Shown here: positions 9,769-18,045 of the stretch, in pieces | How positions within the stretch are numbered: position 1 is the stretch's first letter | How the letters are laid out: the number at the start of each line of letters is the position of its first letter | NCBI GenBank assembly: GCA_038890615.1 | Contig: JAWAFI010000001.1 | Coordinates: 400,843 to 464,842 of the forward strand | Direction of reading: 5' to 3' | DNA from: Candidatus Anstonellales archaeon | Lineage (GTDB): Archaea > Micrarchaeota > Micrarchaeia > Anstonellales > J096 | DNA: 64,000 bases | Notes under the pieces: generated by a model | The model's database searches: none | What the model saw: the letters and a program-made list of their open reading frames with translations, nothing else | Told to the model about the DNA's origin: nothing | Program-made: the position numbers and the translations under genes

Positions 9769-9822
9769 TCAGGGCATTCGTTTTTTGTATTGAGTAGGTG
9801 CTACCTTTATTTAAATTTATTT

Positions 9823-10515
9823 TTACTTCTTGTTGCTGGGCTGTGCACTCTCTATCCAATACCTCTCAACATGCTCGTACTTATGCTGTATTTCAAGTTC
9901 GCCTAAATAGCTTAGCTTGGGCGGTTTCTTTACCTTCTGAAAGGGGAAAAAGTCAATGAGCAATATAGATGGATCCGATCTATTCAAAAACTTAAGAAAA
10001 TCCTGCCCATTATCAAACCATACTTCATAAGTCGGGTCGACAATATACCGCTTTCCTTCTAAGTGGATAAATAAGACTGCGTGTTGATGGCCAATTAGTA
10101 TATTCATATTATTTCTATTTGTTTCTTTATAAACAACAACCCCAACAAGATTTGCATTATAACCTCTTTCCCTTAAGAACTGCAAGGCCAGAGCGCTTTT
10201 CTCAAAGCATACTCCTTTCTTTCCAAGCCGCTTTACATCCAAAACATACTTGTCTTTATAGACTGGTTCACCATACTCGATAATTCTGGAGAGCTCAAAA
10301 ACTTCCTTTGAAAGCTCCTCAATGTTTTTTGACCTTTGCCCATCCTCGCTCTTCTTGAACCTAGCAAACTCTATGCATACGGTGTTTGGTTGGCTCATGG
10401 TTGCAAGAGGCGAGAAATAATACTCCTTTTCCTTCAATGATGTATAGCTGTGACTTTGTATACTAAGAAGGGCACCTGCAAATACAATCTCTATCAGCGC
10501 CTTTTTTAGCTTCAT
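9823..10515 (-). CDS. Secreted transglutaminase-like (Cys-His-Asp triad) protein
   Basis: Signal-peptide-like N-terminus; GVCFEKS, HAVL and YIVDPT spaced as in the transglutaminase/NAT-like fold. Confidence 0.7.
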   Translation of the reverse strand: MKLKKALIEIVFAGALLSIQSHSYTSLKEKEYYFSPLATMSQPNTVCIEFARFKKSEDGQRSKNIEELSKEVFELSRIIEYGEPVYKDKYVLDVKRLGKKGVCFEKSALALQFLRERGYNANLVGVVVYKETNRNNMNILIGHQHAVLFIHLEGKRYIVDPTYEVWFDNGQDFLKFLNRSDPSILLIDFFPFQKVKKPPKLSYLGELEIQHKYEHVERYWIESAQPSNKK

Positions 10516-11127
10516 GATTGTTCCTCCACCTTCTTCCTCTCTCTTTCTCTTTCTTTAGGAAGTAGGGGTCCTCCTGGTGTCAAATCCTCCTTTGGGACAT
10601 GATAACTAGATACTAACCCTTTCTTTATTTCTTCATTTAGCTCATTGAAGAACTTACGCAACTCTCCCATATCCCATTTAGTAAATCCATTTAATCTTTC
10701 TATACCTTCCATCGATGTCTGCTTCAGAGGGGAAATTGTTAAATCAGCTCCAGAAACAAATCCAACTAGTGGCAAGCTCTTTAAAAGATAGCTAACCAGA
10801 CTCTCAGCATCATTTATATTTAATTGACTCAAATCACCGCCTGCTTCACAATAATGATAAAGTTTCTCTAGCCTCATTGTAATGTACCTTAACGCCGTGC
10901 CTATCATCTCTTTTTTTTTCAAAATTACTTATTTTATTACTTATTTTATTACTACTCAACATAAAGTCTATATTAGACTTAACCTGTTCAAGTAAGTTTT
11001 GCAGATTAAGATTGGTGTCACCTCCAACTCTTTCTAATAAAAACTCCCACATTTCTTTGTGATGGTAGAGGCGGCTCTGTTCTTCTTCCATTGGTTTTTG
11101 TTTCGTTGCACACATACAATCACCCAT
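10512..11127 (-). pseudogene. Hypothetical gene split by frameshift at an A9 tract (ORFs 10846-11127 and 10512-10922)
   Basis: T9 at 10911-10919 (+ strand). Removing one base joins ...SNFEKK to EMIGTALRY... in one frame. Confidence 0.55.
10924..10953. repeat. 12-bp tandem repeat (ATTACTTATTTT x2.5), encoding SNKI repeats on minus strand
   Basis: attacttatttt attacttatttt attact read directly. Confidence 0.85.
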
Positions 11128-11160
11128 TATATCTATTGCACAGATATTTTTTAATCATGA

Positions 11161-11236
11161 TGGGCCGGATGGGATTTGAACCCATGAACCTCTCGATTAT
11201 CAGTCGAGCGCTCTGGCCGTGCTGAGCTACCGGCCC
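11161..11236 (-). tRNA. tRNA-Ile(GAT)
   Basis: Reverse complement folds into a cloverleaf GGGCCGG...CCGGCCC-A; anticodon arm CTCGA-CTGATAA-TCGAG; T loop TTCAAAT; CCA not encoded. Confidence 0.97.
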
Positions 11237-11379
11237 TTCTATAAGGCTTAACCACCTCCAACATTTTAAAACCTATCAGCGCCTCCCTCTTTTGGTTAGG
11301 CAGTTGCCTAACAAAGTGCCCCTTATTTTTATAAGAATAAGCATAAAAAGCATAAGCAGCCATACAAGAAGGTGAAAGC

Positions 11380-11925
11380 ATGGGTGACATAATAATTGAC
11401 AGGGAAATGCTCAAGGCAATAGGCGCAGACACAAGGATAGGGATAATCAAGGCGCTTGGAGAGAGGAGGAAGATGCTCAGCGAGCTTGCAGATGAGCTCA
11501 AGGTTTCAAAGCCCACTGCTTTGGAGCACCTCCAGCAGCTTGAGCGCGCTGGCCTTATAAAAAAGATTGATGAAGGAAGGAAATGGAAGTACTACGAGCT
11601 CACAGAAAAGGGCCTAGGCCTTGTGCACAAGGAAAAAGTGCCTGTAAGGGCTTTCATAATGTTAAGCATAAGCATACTTGCTTTTGCTGCTTCTTTTCTT
11701 ATTTTCCAAGGCGCTTTCACCAGCAGCGAGCCGGAGTCTCTAAAAGTTATGGCTGGCTACAATGGCTTTGCAGACGTGGCTGCAGGTGCAGAAGCAGCCA
11801 AGGAAATTCCTCCTAGTGCCCTTCATTCTCAAACAGGGTTGCTACTTTTGGCAGGGCTGCTCTTGCTTGCAGGCATAGTGCTTATGGCTTTCACAAAGGC
11901 AGAGTTTGAAAGCAGGAGGCTCTAA
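11380..11925 (+). CDS. ArsR-type winged-HTH regulator with C-terminal transmembrane helices
   Basis: DTRIGIIKAL...LSELADELKVSKPTALEHLQQLERAGLI...WKYYELTEKG, followed by two hydrophobic segments. Confidence 0.85.
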   Translation: MGDIIIDREMLKAIGADTRIGIIKALGERRKMLSELADELKVSKPTALEHLQQLERAGLIKKIDEGRKWKYYELTEKGLGLVHKEKVPVRAFIMLSISILAFAASFLIFQGAFTSSEPESLKVMAGYNGFADVAAGAEAAKEIPPSALHSQTGLLLLAGLLLLAGIVLMAFTKAEFESRRL

Positions 11926-11965
11926 GGGACAGGCAGCATTTTAACATTATCGCAGAAAACCGATT

Positions 11966-13138
11966 ATGGTTGATGCAGTGCGCGTCATGTTTGACCTTGG
12001 CGCAATATTAGTTGCATCCTTTCTTGGCGCCTCTATTTTTGAAAAGCTGCGCCTGCCTCCAGTAATCGGAATGATACTTGCAGGCATCCTGCTCAGCCCG
12101 TTCACTCCTGGATTCACTGTGGAAAGCAGCGCGGAGATAAAGCTCTTTGCCGAGCTTGGGGGAATTCTCCTTATGTTCGTGCTCGGGCTCCAGTTTGAGT
12201 ACCACCTGATGAGAAAGCTCAGCTTCAACGCATTTATCCTTGCAGGTGTGGCTTCGGTGGCCACATTTCTTGCAGGTGCCTTTGCAGCCACAGCAATAGG
12301 GATGAACTTTGCAGAGGCCCTGATAATAGGCTCATTCATGGTTTCCACGAGCACCACAATGGCGCTCAAGCTGCAGGGCGACCTGAACTACAAGAAGATG
12401 AAAAATTCAAAGCTGATGGCTGCAGCCATTGTAATTGACGACCTTTACGGATTCATAGTGCTCGGTCTAATAAGCGGCTACCTTGGAGTAAAGGCAGGCA
12501 CATTTTCTGATGTTTTGGTGTCTTCTTTTTCGATGTTGCTTGCAATAGTAGCCATTTTCTTTATAGGCGTCAAGGTTGCCCCAAAGGTGTTTGAGATTTT
12601 TGAGAAGCACTTTCCCTCCAGCTCCTTCACTATTGGCGCTGCTTTCTGCCTGATGCTTGTGTACACACTCACTTGGTTTGAGGTTTCCCCGTTCATAAGC
12701 GCATTCCTCGCAGGCACTATAATCACATCAAGCATAAGGTACAAGGACGTGCTCGATTCCGTGATGCCGATAAGGAACCTCTTTGCAAGCGTTTTCTTTG
12801 TGAGCATAGGGCTCATGCTTAATCCATTCCTTATGCTTGGGGCAATTCCGCTTGTGCTTTTCATGACTTTCGTTGGGGTGGCCTCCAAATGGGTTGCAGC
12901 AAGCGGCGTGCTCATAAAGCTCCACTCGGACAGGGAGGAAGCATACAAGCTCGGAATGCTCACTGCACCAAGGGGGGAAGTGCTGCTCATAATTGCTGAA
13001 AGCGTGGTTGCTGCAGGTGTTGTTTCAGAAGTTTTCCTTTCTATTGCAACAGGAATTGTGCTGCTGAGCGCGTTCATCCCAGCAATACTTTGGCGCATTG
13101 ATTTTTTAGGTGCAAAAGTAAGCCAGCTCTCTCCATAA
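11966..13138 (+). CDS. Cation:proton antiporter (CPA2/KefB-like, membrane domain only)
   Basis: Many TM segments; LPPVIGMILAGILL, AELGGILLMFVLGL, STST, IDD, APRGE motifs. Confidence 0.9.
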   Translation: MVDAVRVMFDLGAILVASFLGASIFEKLRLPPVIGMILAGILLSPFTPGFTVESSAEIKLFAELGGILLMFVLGLQFEYHLMRKLSFNAFILAGVASVATFLAGAFAATAIGMNFAEALIIGSFMVSTSTTMALKLQGDLNYKKMKNSKLMAAAIVIDDLYGFIVLGLISGYLGVKAGTFSDVLVSSFSMLLAIVAIFFIGVKVAPKVFEIFEKHFPSSSFTIGAAFCLMLVYTLTWFEVSPFISAFLAGTIITSSIRYKDVLDSVMPIRNLFASVFFVSIGLMLNPFLMLGAIPLVLFMTFVGVASKWVAASGVLIKLHSDREEAYKLGMLTAPRGEVLLIIAESVVAAGVVSEVFLSIATGIVLLSAFIPAILWRIDFLGAKVSQLSP

Positions 13139-13140
13139 GG

Positions 13141-14106
13141 TTAGGCAGCAATCTCTCCTATCTGCAGGTAGAATATGGTTGCCAGGTAAATCAGGTAGAT
13201 AATCAGGAATATAGCCCCCCCAAGCCTGTTGAGCTGCTTGTTTATTGATGCAACATAAAGCAGCAATACGTTTGAAACTACTGCAAAAAGCAAGGCGGCT
13301 ATGAAAACAGGCATTATTAGCGATATGGAATGGATAGCAGCAGCAGTGCCAAGCACAAGCGTTATGTTAGTCATGTTGCTCCCTATTGCATCCCCTAATG
13401 CCAGCCCATAGCGCCTCTTCTTTATTGCCTGAAGGTCTATTGAAATCTCAGGCAGTGAAGTACCTACAGCGATTATTGTTGCGCCTATGAAGCTTTCTGA
13501 TATACCAAGCATTCTTGACAGCGAAACAGCTGAATCTACTACAAAGCTTGCGCTTACGAGCACAACCAATATCCCACCAGAGAAAAACATGAATGAATAT
13601 AAGGCCTCTTTTTTTGTGATTACACCAATTCTGTTCCCATCAACGCTTTTCTTGCTGAGTGTGTAAGCTACATATCCCCCAAATAGGAGAAGCAGTATCA
13701 CCCCTTCTAAAAAACCCAGCGACTGCTTGCCTATGCTGCTGTTGAATATTATGTAAGCAGATATTATGGTGGTTAGCAGAAGGACTATAGCAATGTCGTT
13801 TAGCGTTCCTTTCCCTATCTTTAGCCCATAAATAAAACCGCCGAGCCCAAGGACCAGCAGTATGTTTGCTATATTTGAGCCAAACACATTGCCTGCTGCT
13901 ATTGCACCCTCTCCTGCAGTTGATGAGAGAACTGAAACAGATAGTTCAGGGAGGGAGGTGGCAACAGCCAGGAGTATAAACCCAACTGCTAGCTGGCTTA
14001 TTCCAAAGAAATTTGATAGCTTTACTGCGCTCTCAACTACAGTGCTTGATGATTTTGCTAGCACTGCCAAAGATACCAAAAGGGTTATTCCCTCAATAAG
14101 CGCCAT
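13141..14106 (-). CDS. Na+/Ca2+ exchanger (CaCA, YrbG-like)
   Basis: Two alpha repeats: ATSLPE...GNVFGSNIAN and GTSLPE...GDAIGSNMTN. Confidence 0.93.
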   Translation of the reverse strand: MALIEGITLLVSLAVLAKSSSTVVESAVKLSNFFGISQLAVGFILLAVATSLPELSVSVLSSTAGEGAIAAGNVFGSNIANILLVLGLGGFIYGLKIGKGTLNDIAIVLLLTTIISAYIIFNSSIGKQSLGFLEGVILLLLFGGYVAYTLSKKSVDGNRIGVITKKEALYSFMFFSGGILVVLVSASFVVDSAVSLSRMLGISESFIGATIIAVGTSLPEISIDLQAIKKRRYGLALGDAIGSNMTNITLVLGTAAAIHSISLIMPVFIAALLFAVVSNVLLLYVASINKQLNRLGGAIFLIIYLIYLATIFYLQIGEIAA

Positions 14107-15429
14107 TCAGCCAGCCTCTTTTGCCTTTGCTATAAGCTCCTGCAGTATGGGAGGCGTTGCCAAAGTGGTTAGAAGCGCCATTGTAGCTATCACTGAATAT
14201 TCTGGAGTGGTGAGTACCCCACTAGTAAGCCCTATAGAAGCAACTATAAGCGCTACCTCTCCCCGTGGTGCCATTCCAAACCCAACTATGGCAGCCTTTA
14301 GTGCGTCCAACTTTGCAAGAAATGCAGCTGCTCCGCATCCTACTACTTTTGTAGCTATTGCAATCACTGAAAGCATAAGTATTGGCACAAGGAATTCAGC
14401 CAGTGCATTTACATCCATTATTGTTCCCAGAGATATGAAGAATATTGGCATGAAAAGCATCTCAAGCCCATAAGTTTTCTCCTCTATTTCTTTGTGGTGC
14501 CTGCTCCTGCTTAGTACTATGCCTGCCATAAAGGCCCCGACTATTGCTGATAGCTTTATGAATTCTGCCAAGTATGCATAAAATAAGACTAGAGCAAGAG
14601 CAATCATAAACCTCCTTGGGCTCATTGGCTTTCTATCAAGGTATTTCACAAAATAATCCCCTGCAATCACGCTTCCCCCCAGGAAAACAATTGCAGTTAC
14701 AAGAGTGATGAAAAGAGAGGATACCATCATCTTCTCATCTGCAGACCCTGCAACGTTAATGACAAAAGAAAGCACAAGAAGGCCAAGTATGTCATCAAGC
14801 ACTGCTGCGCCTATTATCAACTCAGCAAACTTCTCTTTCAGAAGTTTGAATTCTTTGAGAATTGCGACAGTAACCCCAACAGAGGTTGCTGTGAGAGCTG
14901 CCCCAACAAACATTGAGTATACAAAGCTGCCCCCTTCATAAATTGCATACATGTATCCAACGCCAAAAGGAAGGAGAACTCCAGCAATGGCTACTGCAAG
15001 ATTCTCAAAAGAGAACACCTTATCAACCCTATTGTGCATCCCTACCTTGAAGAGCAATATAACCGCCCCAAGCTGCGCAAAAACCCTGAGCACGCTCTCA
15101 AGCCTGAGTATGTCCGGCGGCTCATCAGGCATGCTTATTAGAGTGTGGAATGAGCGAAGGAAATCCCAAGACAGGTGGAGGAAGCTTGGGCTCATAAGAA
15201 GGCCTAGCACCATGAGGAGCATCACTGACGGCTGCTTAGTGTAGACAACTGCTATCTCACCTGCAACAGCGAGAAGAAGAAGGAAAACTATCTCAAAGTA
15301 TATGTGCTTATCTTCCTCTACCTCCCCAAAAATGCTTGTGCGGACTACTGAAACAACCAGAAGGATGAATATTCCTAATACAAGGGGCCCTATTAATGGG
15401 GATATGCTCTCTACTGCTTTCCTGTACAT
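14107..15429 (-). CDS. Cation:proton antiporter (CPA2/NapA-like)
   Basis: ATSVGVT, AAVLDD, PIFF, GMAPRGEV motifs. Confidence 0.92.
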   Translation of the reverse strand: MYRKAVESISPLIGPLVLGIFILLVVSVVRTSIFGEVEEDKHIYFEIVFLLLLAVAGEIAVVYTKQPSVMLLMVLGLLMSPSFLHLSWDFLRSFHTLISMPDEPPDILRLESVLRVFAQLGAVILLFKVGMHNRVDKVFSFENLAVAIAGVLLPFGVGYMYAIYEGGSFVYSMFVGAALTATSVGVTVAILKEFKLLKEKFAELIIGAAVLDDILGLLVLSFVINVAGSADEKMMVSSLFITLVTAIVFLGGSVIAGDYFVKYLDRKPMSPRRFMIALALVLFYAYLAEFIKLSAIVGAFMAGIVLSRSRHHKEIEEKTYGLEMLFMPIFFISLGTIMDVNALAEFLVPILMLSVIAIATKVVGCGAAAFLAKLDALKAAIVGFGMAPRGEVALIVASIGLTSGVLTTPEYSVIATMALLTTLATPPILQELIAKAKEAG

Positions 15430-15516
15430 TGGCTACCATCAATGCAACCATACCATCTTTTATATACCTTTCCATGACCATAAGAACTTTTTTAAATGGG
15501 CGCCCCATTCCTTACC

Positions 15517-15861
15517 ATGGCATTTTCATTAGCTGTATTTTTGCTGGTTCTTGCTGCCAACTTAGCTTTTTCGCAAAGTGCAGAGCAATCATGCTATTCA
15601 GAGAAGGTGCAAGGGGAAGCTTGCTACATGCAGTGCTGCCGTAGTTTGGGTTATGCTTGGGATGGAGAAGGGTGCAGTGTGCCAGATGCAGACCGAAATT
15701 ATGTTGCTATGCAGTGCAGCTACTGCACTGACCGCTACCTTTCTTGCATAGATGAATACAACATGTATTCCAATCCACAGACCAGCAGTACAGACACTTC
15801 TTGCTGTTCTGGCTTTGCGCTGCTGGCTGCGCTTATCTTGGTTTCTTCCAAAATCAGTTGA
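15517..15861 (+). CDS. Secreted Cys-rich protein with CC-TM C-terminal tail (paralog 1)
   Basis: Signal peptide; CYMQCCRSLGYAWD; ends SCCSGFALLAALILVSSKIS; TATA-like TTTAAA about 25 nt upstream. Confidence 0.8.
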   Translation: MAFSLAVFLLVLAANLAFSQSAEQSCYSEKVQGEACYMQCCRSLGYAWDGEGCSVPDADRNYVAMQCSYCTDRYLSCIDEYNMYSNPQTSSTDTSCCSGFALLAALILVSSKIS

Positions 15862-15873
15862 GAGGTGGCCAAA

Positions 15874-16209
15874 ATGAAGGTATTTGCAATAATAGTTGCC
15901 CTCTTGCTTGTTCCTGCTGCATTCCCAGCCACATGCGAGCAGGAGTGCTGCTTTGGGTCAGGAGGGGTTTGGGATTCTAAAAGCAATTCTTGTATAACCC
16001 CAAAGTTTGAGCAGTATTTTGACTGCTACTTGAATTGCGATGATGAAGGTCAGCATACCTCTGATTCAGGAGGAGGTTATCACTCAGACACAGGAGGGTA
16101 CAACCCAGGAGCTTCTTCAGGCACATCTCCAGGCAACACTTCAAGTACTTCCTGCTGCCCTGGCTTTGCTCTGCTCGCTGCTCTCGGCTTGCTTATGCGC
16201 AGGGTTTAA
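15874..16209 (+). CDS. Secreted Cys-rich protein with CC-TM C-terminal tail (paralog 2)
   Basis: GAGGTG RBS; signal peptide; CEQECCFGSGGVWD; S/G/T linker; ends SCCPGFALLAALGLLMRRV. Confidence 0.8.
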   Translation: MKVFAIIVALLLVPAAFPATCEQECCFGSGGVWDSKSNSCITPKFEQYFDCYLNCDDEGQHTSDSGGGYHSDTGGYNPGASSGTSPGNTSSTSCCPGFALLAALGLLMRRV

Positions 16210-16265
16210 TGACTCCTGCAATAGCATTAAAAACTTGCTTTCTATGATTGCTTAGGGGTGCAATT

Positions 16266-16523
16266 ATGAAAACAGCCTCAACATTGCTTTTTTTGATTGC
16301 ATTGCTTACTTTTGCTTTTGCGCAGTCATGTGAGCAGAGATGCTGCGATAGCGCAGGCGGCTACTGGGATTACGCAGAAGGCACTTGTGAGGATCCTGAT
16401 TATAGCGAATATTTTGAATGCAGCTTGGATTGCGATGGCGGAAGCAGCTCATCATCAGGCTGCTGCGGATCTGCCGCAATCCTGCTTGGGATTGCAGGGG
16501 CTGCTTTCATAGCAAAAAGATAG
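16266..16523 (+). CDS. Secreted Cys-rich protein with CC-TM C-terminal tail (paralog 3)
   Basis: GGGGTG RBS; signal peptide; CEQRCCDSAGGYWD; ends GCCGSAAILLGIAGAAFIAKR. Confidence 0.8.
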   Translation: MKTASTLLFLIALLTFAFAQSCEQRCCDSAGGYWDYAEGTCEDPDYSEYFECSLDCDGGSSSSSGCCGSAAILLGIAGAAFIAKR

Positions 16524-16626
16524 TCAGCTAGCTTTCGCCTTTCTCTTTTCATTTTCAGAAATCTCTATAGTTTCCTCTATACTATAACCTACCATCACTT
16601 TTTAAAACCGCTGCAAAGCAAAGAGT

Positions 16627-17964
16627 ATGCTGGGCAGCGGCCCAAAGATGAGGAAAATGGAGCACAGATTCGCTGAGGAAATAACCCTTACTTTTGAAGT
16701 GCTAAAGTGGGCAGTTCTAGCAACGATAATAGGCATAATTGTTGGCATATCAACAACCGCTTTCCTGAAGCTCCTTGAGCTTACCATTGAAACAACAAGG
16801 CAGAGCAGCTACTATTTCCTGATACTGCCCCTTTCTTTGTTCCTCAATGCCCTAATACTCTATTATGTCTTCCCAAAGGCAGATGCCCACACTGCAAACA
16901 AGGTGCTTGAGTACCTCCACAAGTGGAAGAAGATACCGTTGCTTTCAATCCCAAAGGTCTTCTTCCTACCTGTGCTTACTATAGGGACGGGAGGCTCTGC
17001 AGGAAAGGAAACCCCTGCTGCTGATGTTGGCGCAGGGATAGGCTCTGCCCTTGCTGATTTGCTCTCGTTCGATGCCGTAGGAAGGAGGAAGATGATGCTT
17101 TGTGGCCTCAGCGCAGGGTTTGCAGCTGTCTTTGGAACTCCTCTGGCAGGCGCTATATTTGCAGTGGAGATACTCTTTGCAGGGAGCATACTTTACGAGG
17201 CAATACTTCCATCCTTCATAGCAGCAATGGTTTCGCATTTTGTCTCATCAGGCCTTGGCATAGTTTACTTTTACAACCCCATAAAAATATACAGCACTTT
17301 TGACTGGGACTTCCTATTCTACATTTTGCTGGGTGGCATTTTCTTTGGGGCGTGCTCAATAATTTTTATAGAAATGATGAAATTTGCCAAGTTGGTTTCT
17401 GAGAAGCTTGCCATATGGGAGCCGGAGCCGATGAAGGGCTTGATAGGGGGAGGCATGCTTGTGATTCTAACATTCCTTTTGGCATCGCAGCAGTATCTTG
17501 GGCTGGGGCTCGAAACAATAGAATCAAGCCTGAACGGCCAGCCGACAGAATAGTACTCGTTCTTAGCAAAAGGGGTTTTTACAGCAATAACGCTTAACTT
17601 TGGGGGTACAGGAGGCACAGTTACGCCAATCTTCTTTATAGGGGCAACAGCAGGCAACCTGTTTGCGCAGCTCACAGGCAAGGACATAGTGCTTTTCTCA
17701 GCAATAGGAATGGCAGCGCTCCTTGCGGGTGTTGCAAACACGCCGATTGCAGCAACAGTAATAGCAATGGAGCTTTTCGGCACATCAGTTGCGCCTTTTG
17801 TAGGAATAGCAGCAGTGATAAGCTTTGTGATAAGCGGCAAGAGGAGCATATTCTCAGCACAAGTCCTTACAATAAAGAATGTAGAACAGCCCTTGCTCAA
17901 TGAGCCAGAAACAGAGACAATAGAGAGAAGATTCAACATAGAGAGGCATAAACAGCACCTTTAA
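16627..17964 (+). pseudogene. ClC-family chloride/anion channel interrupted by one in-frame TAG (17551-17553)
   Basis: GGSAGKETP and AVFGTPLAGAIFAVE motifs. After the TAG the same frame continues YSFLAKGVFTAITLNFGGTGGTVTPIFFIGA...ANTPIAA...MELFG to the stop at 17964. Confidence 0.85.
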
Positions 17965-18045
17965 ATTTATTATTGCAAAATATGCAATAAAGTGTTCTTA
18001 ATTAAAAAACGAAACCAATAAATATTAAAGGGTGGTAATAATTCC

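Noticed and set aside
9769..11236. Integrated element at tRNA-Ile
   Set aside because: No integrase and no duplicated tRNA 3' end (att site) found; treated only as an AT-rich islet.
16200..16225. TAATGACTCCTGC resembling the 3' end of a fluoride (crcB) riboswitch, near a ClC gene
   Set aside because: No matching 5' GGxGATGGxGT element, and it precedes a Cys-rich gene rather than the ClC gene.
17551..17553. Genome-wide amber reassignment
   Set aside because: Several clear genes end in TAG and conserved genes show no internal TAG.
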